The notes: a model not told the origin generated them from the letters alone. 63,941 nucleotides of DNA, filler included, from Perkinsus olseni (GCA_013115125.1; 3 parts of 3 records of this genome joined end to end with filler, not necessarily neighbours in it), one strand, 5' to 3'; shown: positions 48,357-62,754, counted from the whole stretch's first letter. Made by a program: numbers and translations.

Positions 48357-48436
48357 TGTGTGCTGCGGACTTCGAACCCACGCGGAGCATTTCCGGAAAA
48401 GCTGAGCCACGCTCGTGACCACTCGTGTAAACACTC
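48357..48436 (-). pseudogene. Decayed tandem duplicate of the adjacent tRNA-Leu(TAA)
   Basis: GAGTGTTTACACGAGTGGTCA...CCGCGTGGGTTCGAAGTCCGCAGCACACA aligns end-to-end with 48598-48679; anticodon arm destroyed. Confidence 0.8.
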
Positions 48437-48597
48437 CCGCTTGCACTGCTAGCAGTTGCTCATGTCACATGAATCATGTGGCAGTGCAGGCTCAAAGTTT
48501 AGCTTCGCTCGCCTTGCTCTCTTTTGTTGTCACGGTTGATGAGCAACCTATGAATCGTCGATTGTTTACTGTTCACAATCTGGGAGATACGACCGCC

Positions 48598-48679
48598 TGA
48601 GTGCTGTGGGGTTCGAACCCACGCGGACCGTGTCCAGTGGATCTTAAGTCCACCCCCTTAACCACTCGGGCAAACACTC
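48598..48679 (-). tRNA. tRNA-Leu(TAA)
   Basis: GAGTGTTTGCCCGAGTGGTTAAGGGG GTGGA-CT-TAA-GA-TCCAC TGGACACGGTCCGC GTGGGTTCGAACCCCAC AGCACTCA. Confidence 0.95.
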
Positions 48680-48759
48680 ACGGTGTGATGTGACGGACTG
48701 CGAACGCGTCCGCCCGGCGGATGGGGTGAGCCCGCAAGGCTCGCTCTCGACTTTTGCTA

Positions 48760-49417
48760 GTGGGTCAGCCTCAGTACCAGCGTGCCGAATCGGCGTTGCC
48801 GATGTGCAAAAGATCGGGAAATACATTGAACCCGACACATCCCCAAAAAGCGGATCAAGCTGGAATCGCCAGCATATGATTCAATGGAGTTGAGGCGTTC
48901 CGTCGTGCTTGTTCATGGTGTCCTCTGCACCCCGCCAGAAACCTTGAACTCCACAACTGAGCGATATCTCTCTGCTTTTGCAGAAGATGGACAACGTAAT
49001 GCATGCGTCATTATTCGGCCCCTTCATTCACCTCATCCTCTGTGTTGGGCGCTTCATTCTTCTCCGTTTCGGCAACTGCCTTCCATTGGTCGCTATAAGA
49101 CGCAACCCGTCTGCTCATGAAAGAAGCCGGCGAGACGTGCTCATGTACCTACAACGAGAAAGAGCATTCGTAGTTGCTCGAGTTTTGAGAATATTTCTGC
49201 TCCCGCCGCGCGTGGCCCAGTTCGTCAAGCAATCACCCTAATGATAATCGATATCATTAAGAATTGACTGCCGGAGCGTAGCCGATTGCGTGTCGCATGA
49301 ATCCTTCTCTTCTCGCGAGCCTCGAGTGAATCGTTGTAGCTCCATCCGTTAGAGTCTTACGTCAATCGTAATGTGAGCTCCATGAACAAGTGCGATTATT
49401 AGAAGGAAGGCTTTCAT
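48760..49417 (-). CDS. Small putative secreted protein, multi-exon, 3' end uncertain
   Basis: MKAFLLIIALVHGAHITID|GTAAGA; later exon VHEHVSPASFMSRR...NTEDE|GTGAAT. Confidence 0.4.
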
Positions 49418-49949
49418 AGCGAAGAATTGGAGATCAGCTGCTCGCAAAAGACTTTGCGCAACTTTGCCAATCAGCCGATCGTCAAATGAATGCCGATGAA
49501 GAAACCACCGATCAATCGAATTTCTTGACACGAACAGTCGAGACGGGTTAGTTACCGGAAAGATTGACAAACACTACACGTATGACTGCCTGAAAATCGA
49601 GCAGTAATAGTAGCAATGGACAGCTAGTGCAGCGCGAATTACGTTCGTGAATAGACACTACAAAACGACCGCCATCCAATTACCCTTCGCAACCAAAGTG
49701 AAACCTTCTTATCGCGCTACATATGATACTCCTACCAGTGTGCACGGTGAGGATTCTCAGGGAGACCGCGAGGGGATTGACCCGCCCTGCTCCCCGGTGA
49801 CATACGCACCAGCGTGATGACGATGACGGCGACGTGGGGTAAAAATTATTCAACTTCTCTGTCTATCGGATGCTACTAGATAAAATATATGAGCAGTAAA
49901 AATAGTCCTAAGCAATGATACTGGGTCTTAGGATCAAATTCCGCGCGTC

Positions 49950-51806
49950 TCACACATTGGTGACAATTGGCGCAGTGGACTCGCGCCGAACACGCGGAGA
50001 AAATTGGATTAATAGAATCGCGAATGCGAAGCTGACGCTGATAGCCTCCGCAACTCCGCCGAAAACTGCCTTGAGGACAACCTGAGGACGAACGAGATTG
50101 CGCCCGCCACGGAATTCGGTTGGCTCACTAGTCTTGCCGTCGTCCACGGAGTAGGGGGAATCATCATCAGCACAGATATTGGAATGGCGAAGAACTGAAA
50201 AAATCATGCAGATCATATACAAGCTCTAATTCGAAAGAGATTTCATGCCTTAACCTCTACACGGAAGCTACTCTCGTATTCTGCCTCAGGGCATGCGCCT
50301 ACATCCAACCCCGCTTTGTAAGAACTCATCAATTCAATTTGGTTCAGCGCTACGTTCTTCGTTGGTCTGATTAAACGCGCTCCCATATTACTATCGCCAG
50401 CAAAACTCCTCCAATCACCGCCATTCTGAGCTGACGCCAAATGGCTTTGACTGAGAAAAACATAAGACATCTCGATATAACCGCAACGAAGATAAACAAG
50501 CGTACGAACAAGCCAACCAACACACATGCAGAACAGTGCTGCGAATCCATTCCGCGATCTCATTCACATGCACGACGAGAGCGCAAGTCCGCTCATCGAA
50601 CCCGTCGATACACAGCGGTTCGGCGATACACAGTACACAGGGCTCGTACAGCAAAGTACGAGTATGCTCTGGTTATGGAGGAGCCAAATTGACGGATCAA
50701 TCGAACTGTGATGGCCGACCATATCTTATCGACGGAGTGAGAACGCTACTCACTCCGTGACTCCCAGTCTTATTCCTTTGTTTGTTGGATACCAAGCGCG
50801 GGACGATATAGCAGAAGAACGGAGCGCTCTCATCGCGAATCCAACCAGGAACGACCACCCCTTGTCTTTGAGGGAACACGCGGAAGCATCCCGCGCTAAT
50901 TGGTACCACCAGTATTCGCCAAATACCGCAAAACGATAGCGAGCTCACTACGACCAATTTCACGAAGTCTTGAGGACTTCTCCTGGTCTTGCCTCTTCGA
51001 CTATACAATTTCACATCTTCCCGAAATATAATCGCTAGGGAACAAGTGGGAGTCGCGAAGTCCAGAAATTTCGTGCGACGACCACCGATCATATACCCAC
51101 AGTAGTACACTTTGAGATGGGGTTTTGCGGATCAGTACAAAAGATTGGGTTATGCGCCAGCCACGGGTGAGGGACTTTCCGCGTTATAACGGGAAAGGTC
51201 GTCGGATCGATCGCCAACGGCGACCTAACAATGAGAAAGAGTAACCCCAACCAGGTATCGACGGTGACGTGCGCAAGCACGGAGATCGAGGCTCAACAGA
51301 GAAGAAAATGGCTGCGCGAGCATGCGACCTGCTGGGCTGCAGACCAGCATGGACCCATCAGCCTAACAGCTGAGGTGGGGAGCTTCTTAGGCTCTCAAGG
51401 GCGTGGTACACGTTCTAGCCCTGAATATTACCGTACAACTATATCCCGCATCGCTGCCGTCGGTGAGAGCATCCATGTAATGCCGAACGACAGCAAAGCC
51501 GTAATAACCAGATCAAAGGCGATCGAGTCAGGCCACACCCAGACATCTGAGGAAGCGTGATCCTTGAACTCTCCTGAGCAGTATATTACCCGCTCTGGTG
51601 GCATTTTTTGAAGGGTAAGCGATATATCCGAAAAGGGCATTGAAACCAGCAGCTCCTATGATGGCTATGGACATCATTAGCACCTGACAGAACATATTCG
51701 ACGAAATAATCACCGAAACGATCAGGCTTAGACAAAAAGATGGCACGGATCCAGAGCAACAACCCGGACTAGCTAATACAAAATCAACAGGGGTCATCGG
51801 AGTCAC
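49950..51806 (-). CDS. Multi-pass membrane protein, multi-exon, family not recognised
   Basis: Series of hydrophobic exon segments (VLMMSIAIIGAAGFNALFGYIAY; AFDLVITALLSFGITWML; TWLGLLFLIV; AISVSFAFAILLIQF) separated by short introns. Confidence 0.45.
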
Positions 51807-53000
51807 ACTAAGTGTAACCGCAAATCTCCAAGCTCAAGAAAACAGAAGGGTTTCCGGCCGAGACAAGAGAGTTCACAGTTGGCGCGAATGGACGTTGACG
51901 ACGATAAGATCCAGCACGAATTTCGAAGAAGGGACCAAGTATTTCAGAAACTAACCGCCTTATGCCCCTTTACTACCAAATACAACCACAACGGGAACTG
52001 TATGAGATAATCAGTGCCTTTGATTATCCCAATAATCTTCCGCTTCCACTGGCTGCCCGAGGGCGTGCTGCGACCGCGTTCGTCTCCACTGCCTCCAATT
52101 GTCGCGTGCGTCGGCGTACCCGACACGGTATCGTTGGGTTGAGACATACGAACTACCACTAGCAGAGCATCAAGCATCGGTGGCCTAATTGCGACAACCA
52201 CGCGTGAACTACAACTTCGTTTCATGCGTGCTGCCCACGGTGCCGAACAGACGGGGACGCTTGAAGCGTCACGCTTCTATGAACCGGGCCAATTCGGCCC
52301 AGGAGAACGGGAAGAAGGATATCGGAGTCAGATAATTCGACGAGTGCGAGGCGATAGAATGTGACGTGAAATTTCGCTGTTCACAGCGTCTTAACAGTTC
52401 TCTCCACTCCTACTAGCCCATATCACTGCGTCCACTATTGTTGCTCTTACTGTAGAGGCCTGGGTTATTGAGTGCGGTAATGTCAACAACAGGATGCTCG
52501 GCACACCCACAACAAACCCCGTCATGTCAATCTCACCCACTTCAACTCGTATTTACTCATTTCGACGAGACCGACACGCCGCATTTGCCAATCGCGCGCG
52601 CCACGGTGCGAGACATGAAGCGGCTAGCCAAACCGGAGCTCGAGGCTCCACTGTGTGCTCGCTGGTCGAGCCAGCACTAGCCGAATGAAGAGGTGAGCTA
52701 GTTTACCCAGAATGGCTCATGGCGGCAGTTGTTCGGGTTGGATTGGGTTTAATGACTATCGCCATTGCAACTCAGCACCGAAATCGTCGGGCGACCATCG
52801 TTCAAGCGTCTTTAGAACTGATTCCACAACTTCTTTCTGAACTTCTTTCGTCTTTGAACCCCTTGAAAATACCCCTTCTGATTCTTGAAATAACCCATGG
52901 CGTCAAGTGTTATAGCAGTCCGATTGGGACCCCCTCTGGAATGGTTAATGGTTAACGCCTACTCACGCAACATCTGTCAAATGTGATAGAAAAATCGCTT

Positions 53001-56000
53001 TCAACTGGATGCCGATGAACGGTGTCCGACATGAACGGATACACCCTCTGCGGTAATGCGCATGCCTGGCTCTACAGACCCGGTATTCCCGCCCCAGGGT
53101 TCCAAACCCCGCACCGAACCGGCGATGGTTCGGGCATTGAAAAAGTTCAATAAATGGGTCGCATACTCAATGTCATATTGTGTGCGGCCGCACACCGGCG
53201 GTCATCAAAGAGCTCTAAAGGATAGTCGAAAAAGGATGAACTTGGGTATCCTCGCAGTCACTCGCCTCTCTCTTTAACACGGCCCTCAAGTCCACGGATC
53301 TAAAACCGTGATGAGCCGCTTATTATCAGCATTTCATGACTATCACCAAAGCTTACCCTCTCCTGAAGCGCTTGCAAGAGCACTTGCGCAGCACGAAGCT
53401 CACTCGCCTGGTTGCGTGGGCTCGCAGCTTCACGCATGAGTCGTGCATATCTGACAGCCCGAGCACGTCCGAGGAGGCCCGACCGTCAGAACTTCTCAAA
53501 GGTTACTCGCTGTAAATTGCAGCGTACGATGCAGGTACGCTGCTGACTTTTTTCAGCTCCGACAGCCTCCCGTATTCTTCAACCTTGTTCGGATCCACCT
53601 ATGAGTTCGAGAAAATCAAGGACATGACAAATTATTCATTTCTGGCCCCCCCATATGCATCAGAAACGGCTCCAAATACGCCTAGACATTACGTATGTAG
53701 ACATATGTTCAATTCTGATAGGCCTTGCTGAGGCGTTTATTGGCGGACAGAAATAACTACGATAGCATGCGGTTTCATCTCTGAATTTGACGCAGTCCAG
53801 AAGGAGTTGTTATTTTATGGATGCACGTTGAACACTACGACAGGAGCGCCTGCTGACAGAAGCAAGGCGGAACTCATCAGTGATCTCTACAGATTGAACT
53901 AGCACACGAACTTGATCCGAATCGAGCGAATCGCGCGGGAATCATACTTCTCAATACGTGACTGAAGGCAGCTATCGCGAGGCTCACCGAGATAATTGAC
54001 AAGTAAATAGCGAAGATCTGACTTACTTTGCCGACTCGACCGAGAATTTCCCGCACCTGATCTTCACCGGTGGCTTGCGGCCAGCTGAGAGTTAGATATC
54101 AGGCAATGGAGTCACAAATATATCAAAACGTGCATTCGTGTATCCGACCGTATTGGAAACGTGAGATAGCTTCATCAGTGCGCAAAGTTCATCGAGCGGT
54201 TCTCACCTTGCCTCGGTAACAACGCCATCCGTTGTTCCCTGAAAGTCCGTAACTTCTAACTGAGCTACGCTGCGATCGCCAAATTGCGTAACGTGACTGA
54301 TCGCGAGGAAAGCGTGACACGGCGATCTCGAACTCATGAGAGTATATACTCGCGGAAGGTAATCGTCAACAGAGACTTGACTATCGACTGAAGTACAGCA
54401 ATATACGAGACACATTTTTGTCTCGTTTTTGCATGTTGCATCTTTTCGATACAGACTGTGCGATATCATCACCATTTTCCGCACAATTGGTTGCCCCATT
54501 CTGTTGTCCCACTGTTGTGGTAAGCTGTGGTCCGCCGTTGATACAATTTTGCTGCTGTTCATCTCCGTATACGATAGTATCATATAAAGGTATATCAGCT
54601 CAACGCGGATGATAGCCGTATCATAATGATACGGATACAATCTGTATTGAGTTGATATTCCGACTGCGCTCGGCGCGTCGACTTCGAAATCATTGGTCTA
54701 ATCTTGAGGTAGCATACTTCGCCTTCGAGGCCTAGGATGCCTCTCCTCCCTTAACGAGGCGAATAGTCGATTAGACGATGACTACCTCCGAGTATACCCA
54801 CCTCAAGTTGGTCTCGAACGTAACGATCTGCGCCTGCTGGATGAGTTTTTGCGGAATGTCGAAAATCCTATGCAGGTCAGAATCTTCCATCCAGTTGACA
54901 GAGAAGAGGTCACCGAGACAAGTTCCGATCTCTGTGCCTCCGACAACGTCATGCTGAAAGCACTCGGCGTGCCCAGTTGGCGACGGACTCGCTCCAGCTC
55001 ACATTTCTATGGTCCTGAGAGAAAAGCCAGGGGCAATAAGTAGCTCAACTACTCTCTTTGGAGTTTGCAGCGGTGAGGAGTCCTCACTGAGGACATATCT
55101 GACACGAGCGCGAGGAGACAATCGTGTGAGAGAAACTTTCGTGCATGGAGTTCTCCCGACGATTCACTCGGAGCTCATAAGTGGGATGATTCATTATACG
55201 GAAGAATGTTGAGATCATTTACAAACAATCATAACGCCTCCCGAGCGAATTTCCACGCATGAGGTGACCTGAGGATTGAAGACAACGCACGTTATCCATC
55301 AGAAGTGTAAGGTCTGTCAATCGTGACTGAGTCCAGAGAGAGCACAGTAATCAACTATTTCTGTAGTTGGTAGCGGACATCTTACATCCCGGGTATCTCG
55401 TTTAGACCCTCGAACATGCCGCCGGACTCGCAAGCCTCCACATAAACCACCATGCGCTTGAACCTGACGGCGACGGTCGCTGGGCGATCTCAGGTCTCTA
55501 CCAGACCGCAGCTCATCGCTCTAATCGATCCAGTCCATCAAGACGGAGAGGGGATGAGAAAGATACTCTCGTAAAGGAAATTCTCATTTTCACAATTGAA
55601 TGCTATTAGCATTATGCTAATCGCGCTACGCGATCCGCGTAGAAAACGAGTTCGCTTTTGACGCTGCCCTGGCCACTTACTTTCCCCTCGATTTCGCTTG
55701 CTCCAATATTCTACGGAGTCTCTTCTTCGTCAGCTGACCATCATCCGGAAATTCCATCCAGGTAGCTGAAATTGCAAGTTCCTTCGGCAAAAAGGAATCT
55801 CCAATGTTTTTTCGTACCGGTGCCGTGAGCAATGATATTCAGAAATACGAAGTCGTTCAAAGTGCTATCCAGAACGGGATGCCCTGGTGGAACTCCGGAC
55901 AGATTGCCAAGCAATACCTGGCAACCGCATGTAACTCTTTCGTTCATGTCATCATAATCGACTTGCCGCTTCGAAGTGATCAACTGTCACTTGTGGGCCT

Positions 56001-57064
56001 CTGTAGCTGACTCGACAATTTTCTCTTACATTGTGACCAGGGGAGTCGCCTGAGATAGCGAAGGAACACATATGCTCGAGATGGTTGCTCCTGAGACACA
56101 GCTGCAGCTTCAAAACTCAAGGAGCAGAGAGGGGAGTCATTTGCGGAGAACCGTAGATTGGAGAACAGGATAGTTTCGACGGAAGAAATGAGTCTGACTA
56201 ACTGAAGACGATTCGAACGAAATCATTGCGATAACACACTCAGCAGCATGGAAACCAGGACAGATGAACGCGGCACAACGGTCAGTCACTCGCAGCAAAT
56301 AATCGTAGAGAACAGCCCCGCTCAAATGACCGCAACGTTATCCTCTACGGATGCCCACGCGAGCGATACAATCGCGAGCGAACCTCAACTCAACGTGGCC
56401 TGAACCAGCGTCGGACTGTCGCCACGACTCTGGGCGCCTGAGGGCCAAATGCCAGATGGGCGTTGCAAGTGAGCCTTCGAGAATTCGAAACGATGATCCT
56501 GACCAGCGAGGACCACTCATACCGGAAGGCTTGTTAAAGAGCTTCCCTCGGATTGGATTGATCTTGCTATCTGCAGCATCATCGTAACTACGGAGAAGCG
56601 GCACATTTTCAATCATATCAAGCAAAGATCAATAACGGGATGTCTATTTCCAAGATACTTTTCCTTATAATTCTAAGGGGGAAGGACAGGGACTAATTCC
56701 TAACCTTGCGGCATGAGATCAAGACATTAGAATCCAGGACACAAGGATACGCCCCGGAATCATTGGGATCGCACGAAAAGAGAATTATGTGTTCATCGTC
56801 CATTCCGTTGTTCCTCAACACTTCTTGTGAATGACAAATATCTGCCTGATGACGATAGTTGTCCCACCCTTGGGAGGCGGCGATGAGCACCTGAGAGCCG
56901 GCCATGCTATTGATCAACCATGCGGAGGAGAGAGAGACGCATCCGCCCCCAGCTAAGAATCGAACAGCATAATGTTTCGGCTTTCTCAAGGGGGAGGTTG
57001 CTGCTTGCAAATTATGGAGTGTCACCGCAGTGAGGATAGCGAAGGACGCAAGAATTCCTCGCAT
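53001..57064 (-). CDS. Legumain-like asparaginyl endopeptidase (peptidase C13), multi-exon, with signal peptide
   Basis: MRGILASFAILTAV; LIAASQGWDNYRHQADIC; YDDAADSKINPIRGKLFNKP; VLDSTLNDFVFLNIIAHG (catalytic His); MVVYVEACESGGMF (catalytic Cys); GTCLGDLFSVNWMEDSD; SHVTQFGD...FQG; prodomain-like CGRTQYDIEYATHLLN. Confidence 0.92.
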
Positions 57065-58258
57065 GAGACAAGAGCAGACGAGAACAACTCTGAAACTCCG
57101 ATACGTGACAGAGTCCGACACGTGATCACGAGACCGGATAGCGAGTTAAATGTTGCACGACACTCCCATAATTCTACTACATTCGTGATGTTGGCTACCC
57201 CCGTTGTGCTGCTAAGGCAGCAACCATTCGAGAAAAAAAACGAACGGGAATCCCCTGCTGCTCCATCTCAGACTACTAGAACGTTTGCCCCTTCTCGGCT
57301 CGTGCTCCCGTTCGGTATAGTGCCCTGGTTCACGGACGCGAGCCAAAAGTACAGGTCGTGCTTGCGACCAGCGCCACGATGGCCATAGGCCCGGTTGTTC
57401 AGGCTAAGCCTGAGCATCTCCAGCGTGTGTCCTCGCCTCCGTCGTTCGTTGTGCAAGAGTTCAGTTTGGAGGTTTTCACTACTTCTTTTCGATAGACTCC
57501 CTTCGCCGCAAGTTGTTTGGATGGTAGCTGGAAGTTTGAGATTCGTCCGAAATAGTGAGAGAAGTACAGCATGTAAATAACATGGTCAGAAATAAAAAAT
57601 CATCCACGGCATAGAGGGAGAGAACTACACGTCGTTCACCCAACAAGTACTGACTGTACGCCGAATTCTCGTTGCCGGCGACTCGCCGGCGGCGAGAACT
57701 CGTTATGCAGTAAATATGACACTATCGGCGCAACTCATACACATAACTAGAAACAAACGTTTACAGTGGCTTCCGAGGCACATGTTCCACCACGGTGAAG
57801 TCTCATACCCGCCTCTTTGTGTGATTTCTAACCCCGAAGCATGACGACGCCCATTCCTGAGATGCCAACGTCCTTCACCGAAGACAATCGGACCGTTCAA
57901 TGAAGTCCAAATGACCATAAAATTACTGCGCTGTTGCGAGACTTCTCCACTAATATTGTCGTCCTAAAATTCAGCCACGAACAACTAAGCTTGCCAGGCA
58001 AGAGATAGGGCAAGAAAGATATAAAACTGCCCCCGACTTGCCCACCCTGATGAGCCTTAAAGTGCAGAAGGCCGAGGGACACGCAATAAAGATGACGGGT
58101 TATTCGCTCTTCAAATTGCTTACGAAGATCGAGTAGTCATCCTCTGATGAGGCTGAAGTACAGCATCGCATATACGATGATTTCGCTGGCGCTTTTTCTG
58201 AGACCAAGAAGAACGCTCCGATATAGAATACTTCGGAAAGATCACCTCCGGGGTCCAC

Positions 58259-60380
58259 TAGAATGCCGTGCATGGCGACATCCAATCCGCTTCTTCCGGA
58301 TGACGAAGCTCCATCTCCTGAGAGAGGCTGTCTTCGCGCACATTTGTTGAGCTTACTCGAAGCTCACCTCGGTAAGAAAGGCTCTTCCTTGTCTCGCCAT
58401 ATCTGAGGTCGGAAAAAGAAGACAGTACCTTCCTCCGCGAGCAACTTTCCTTCGGATGAAGAGTGTTTTAGGAGGAGCTCCGAAGGTTGTTCACAGCTCG
58501 AAACGAGTGAAAGATCCTTCGAAAACTAAAGGACTCCGCCGACTCGAGCTTACTCGGCAAGTCTCCTAGCGGCTTCCTTATTCCCCGGGTCAAGCTGTAG
58601 TACTCTCTTCAAATCCTGATATCCCAACTCGTGAGACTCAGCGTCATCTGACAATACAGCGCATGCTCAAGGCTCTGGAACCACACGGAATCATAGCAAT
58701 CTTCACTCGAGCTGCGGCAGACGTGACACTACGCCCTATCATCCTCACCACCATCTTCCGAACATCATACCAGTGCTATGATAGCATTTCAGTCTAAGTC
58801 GTCATCAGAGAAGCAGTAAACCGTGAACGAGGTCGGAGCGGACGGCTCTTACTTAGTTCAAACCGCGCCAGTGCACGCCTGTACAGTGCTTTACAGTGAG
58901 TCGGTCGAGAGCTGAACAGGGCAACTATGGGAGAGCGAGACGTCACGTTCTTCGCTTTCGCCTCGATGAGTGTGATCGACTTGCGCTCTCAATAGAGCTC
59001 ATCCCCCCGCTTCGCGGAGAAGCACTCACCTCAAAACTATATCTGCATGAGCTATCGCAGCGTGCCAGTCTCCCAGACGCAGATGCACCAAGGAGAGGTT
59101 ACCAACCAACGCTAGCCGAAGGGCGTCCAGCTCGTATTGTATGGACTGAGACGCCGAATCTCAAAAGTGGAACAGGACTGTACGATGCCGTAGGCGGTGC
59201 GAAGACCTCTACCATGCACTGCACCACGACTAAGCTTCTTCGAGGAGACTACTAGTGCCCCCGAGTCGGGCCGACACTCAATATTGAGGTGCGTCAAGAG
59301 GACCCGAAGGTGCAATTGGCAGATCTGACTGGTAGTTACGTCTAGAGATATTACTTCTCAGTGCTTCAATTGGAAATAGATCTCAACCTAGCGGGATAAG
59401 CGTTAGTATCCTAGCTCCTACGCAGCCCTCTGAGGCGCTCCCAGATCTGCAAAAGTTACCTTCACTCGATTCCTGTCTCTTGCATCCTCCGAGTTCAAAT
59501 CTGCTTCTCGTTGAACCGTTGATGCCTCCATGACTCGATTAAGAGCGAGCGCGCATTCACATACGAGCGAGAGCCCTGGAGCAGGAAGAGTACGAGCGGC
59601 ACAAACATTACGGATCCTTCCGGATAAGCACTCCAGTGTGACGTTCGTGAAGACAAGTGCAAAAAACACACCGCTTGTGTACAAATGTAACGCAACAAGC
59701 CGCGAACTGAACACGGCGGGATAACTTCTCACAATTGGAGGCCTATACAGTCTTGAAAATTTCGCTCCGTAGAAGCCGCAGCTAAAAGAATCCACCTCTT
59801 CTACGATTCAGTCAGTCAAATCTATTCAGCACCGCCCGCTCAAGAACCACTCAGGGGAGTCCATAAGCTTACCCTGCTCGTATTCCCGCTTCGCATCATC
59901 ATAACGCTCCTCCCTAACAGCGCTATTGCCTCGTAGTTTATGCTCACCAGCCGGCTCCAGAAGATTTATAACAATTGAATTCAATACCTTTGAAATATCG
60001 ATGAAATGTGGTTCCTCCCCAAAGCAGAAATATCCGGGCTGCATTTCACCAAAAAAGTAAGAATTTCACGTCTCTGTCACGCGTGATGCGAACTTTCGCA
60101 ACACGCATTCGTTCTTCTCATCGAGCAATGTTCCCCGCTGCGTGCCCGCAGCACAAGCGTCCCTTCTATGATGAATAGGACCGATGGTGGCCTGCGACGA
60201 ATGATGACTATCACCCGATACCCAGTGCCGGAGTTTCCGCTTCCAGTGCTCAGTGCTAAATACGACAGGAGTTTCCGTAGTCATTTTCCACGTCATCGCG
60301 TCTGCAGTGTTCACGCTTGTGTCCGCTCCCGTCCAAGCTACTACCTCGAATGTACTCCGCGCTGATGTCCCTTCCTGAGG
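58259..60380 (-). CDS. TPR-repeat (co-chaperone-type) protein, multi-exon, ends approximate
   Basis: HKLRGNSAVREERYDDAKREYEQG; CKALYRRALARFEL; QDLKRVLQLDPGNKEAARRL. Confidence 0.7.
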
Positions 60381-61014
60381 CGCTGCAATCATGAAAAGAA
60401 TAGTACACACCGATAGGTACACATTCACGCTTGCCGGCTCCTTCAGGCCCCCACTCAAACATCCAGGTTGTGACGTTAGCACCGACTAAGTAGACGAGGA
60501 TCCTCCAAGAGACAGCTGCAATTTGCCACACAGAAGCTTTCCCCTTTCCAGATGCCCTGTGACAATCAGGCAACCCAACCATTGCACAGACGGAAATGTG
60601 GTGAACAATGTGCTTCCGAAAGTAAAGTTACCGACGACGTACTCTGCCACAGTAAACGTGGCCAAGATCAGAGGTCGAAGAAGTCATTTCGAGTCATCTC
60701 TCATAGCATCATCAAGGAACGAGAGTCGAAACTGACAGCCGAATCGACCTGACCCGGCTTCATGAAAATTACCGACATTCGCTCGATTTTTATAGTGACG
60801 TAAGTACTCCTGCACCCGCTGGCGCCGTATTTTGTCTGAGCCGAGACGGCGGTACTGCCGGGGGTGATCCGGAGGAAGAGTCCGAATGCATGGGGAAGGG
60901 CCCATCACTGCTGTTCATGGCAATAGACTTAGAATGGTGGAGGGAATCGGGTCTTATCAGCTTACCTAAATATATTGGTGGACGCGTGACGAAGGACCAG
61001 AGAGTTCAATGATT

Positions 61015-62754
61015 TCAGCTAGTGCAAATGCAGTTTCTACAACGGATAGTATCTGAACCATCCTCACCGATGAATCTCCCCTTCCCAGTCGTGTCATCAG
61101 CATCATCATCAGCTACTCCACTTGACTTAGCTTTTAACTCGGCCCTGAAACCGAGAAATTCAAGACTTGCAGTTGGAGACGCGGCCGATAGTTTCACTAC
61201 TATTCCAGAGGCCTACATTCGAACCAAACTTCCTTCATTTTTCCCTATTACAACATGTGAAATTCCTTCCCGCAAATATAGCATGATTTCCCTGATAGCA
61301 CTAAATCCTTGGCACAGCCTTGGCAAAGACCACCGTGACCACAGGGTAGGAGCACCTGATCAAAAATCCGTGACACCTTTCGAAGGTGAAATTAAAAGGA
61401 AGATACCCTTTGCGCCTAGCTCGGTGCTGCACGCTACATTCGAGTTGGATCTCCGTATTACAATCGTGGCAGGGTCCTCAAAACAAACTTTGCAAGTCCC
61501 ATCGTCTTCGTCATTAGCTAGGTCGTCGATATCCAAAGTGGCCTTGCTCTTCCCCACCTGAAACACCCCCAAATATCGGACTCCTAGTTCTCAAGTTCCA
61601 GTGCACATTTCAACGCTCGCACAACTCCGGACTCTCATCGCAGACAATGAACGAGTTACACGACTACGAAAACACGTTGATGATAGCTCCGGTCGTCGGA
61701 TCCACTCATCGACGAATTCGGGGATCTTCTCCCATGTTGTCCACAAAGCCAGGGCAATCACTCTGGTCCAAACAGAGTAAACCTCTTAGTGGAAAAGGAT
61801 TCCAATCACCGGAGGAGATTCCCGCAAGTGACCATCCAAATTCACTGGCCCATCATCCCAACATCATGTATTCCACACTTCAACAACCATGCTTACCGGT
61901 ATGGCATCCTCACCGCTGCGCACGCGAAAGAATGTGGAAGTCATTCTGAAGCAAAAGAATTATTCCGCGCCTGCGATCGGAAATGTGCACTACCGCTTGA
62001 TCTTGAACGTTTGAGATTTGGCGCGTCTCATAGCTGACAGCCGATCCCTGCGTTGTAACTCTTCAGCAGTCATGGGAGGGGGAGCCTGCAGAGTGACTCC
62101 GATCCATACCTTCGTTTTCTTAGTACATCATCCATTCTCAGATCAGCATCGCTTCCTTCTCTTTGAGGGTTGTCCAAGTCCGGGAAGGCTGCTCGGACGC
62201 ATTCCCGACATACAAAATCTTCAACGTGATCCATCAACTCTGGTGGTACGCGCCTGAACTCACGCGATAACCGTGCCACGGTAGTCTCGAAGTGAGCATC
62301 GTCCGGGATTCACCGAGCATCCTTGTAGAAAATTCCGAGAAACCGGCCCGGCGGTTCATAGAAATACGAACAGAATAGGGCGGCGTACCCTCGCGCATAC
62401 TACCAAATTCGCCATGCCTGATGCACGAAAATACCACCAAATATGGTGGTCCCAATATCACACTGACTGATATAATACGACGGCATCGCGATTCAACCGT
62501 GCGAGGATGGATCGATACGAATACGGACACCTCCGGCGACACCATTCGTACCTCTCTCGCCCGCAAAGCTGACAGGATGCGCGGATTCTCCAGTTCCGGG
62601 AGTTTAACGGCGATCGAACTCCGCATTTGCGTTGCCAAAATAACAGTCCCGCTACTCCAACAATTAATATAACAATAATCGCAACAACAATCCACCTGAG
62701 AAAAAAAACAGCTCCTGCGAGAAAGAATTTCAAGTTCGAATGTACTTGAGGCAT
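61015..62754 (-). CDS. Membrane-anchored C3HC4 RING-finger protein (putative E3 ligase), multi-exon
   Basis: N-terminal TM WIVVAIIVILIVGVAGLLFW; spliced RING CKVCFEDPATI|VLLPCGHGGLCQGCAKDLVLSGKSCYICGKEF (about 61500-61260). Confidence 0.8.

Noticed and set aside
58048-58080. Hammerhead-ribozyme-like CTGATGA plus stem GCCTT/AAGGC
   Set aside because: The required GAAA after stem II is absent (CGAG), and there are no convincing stems I and III.
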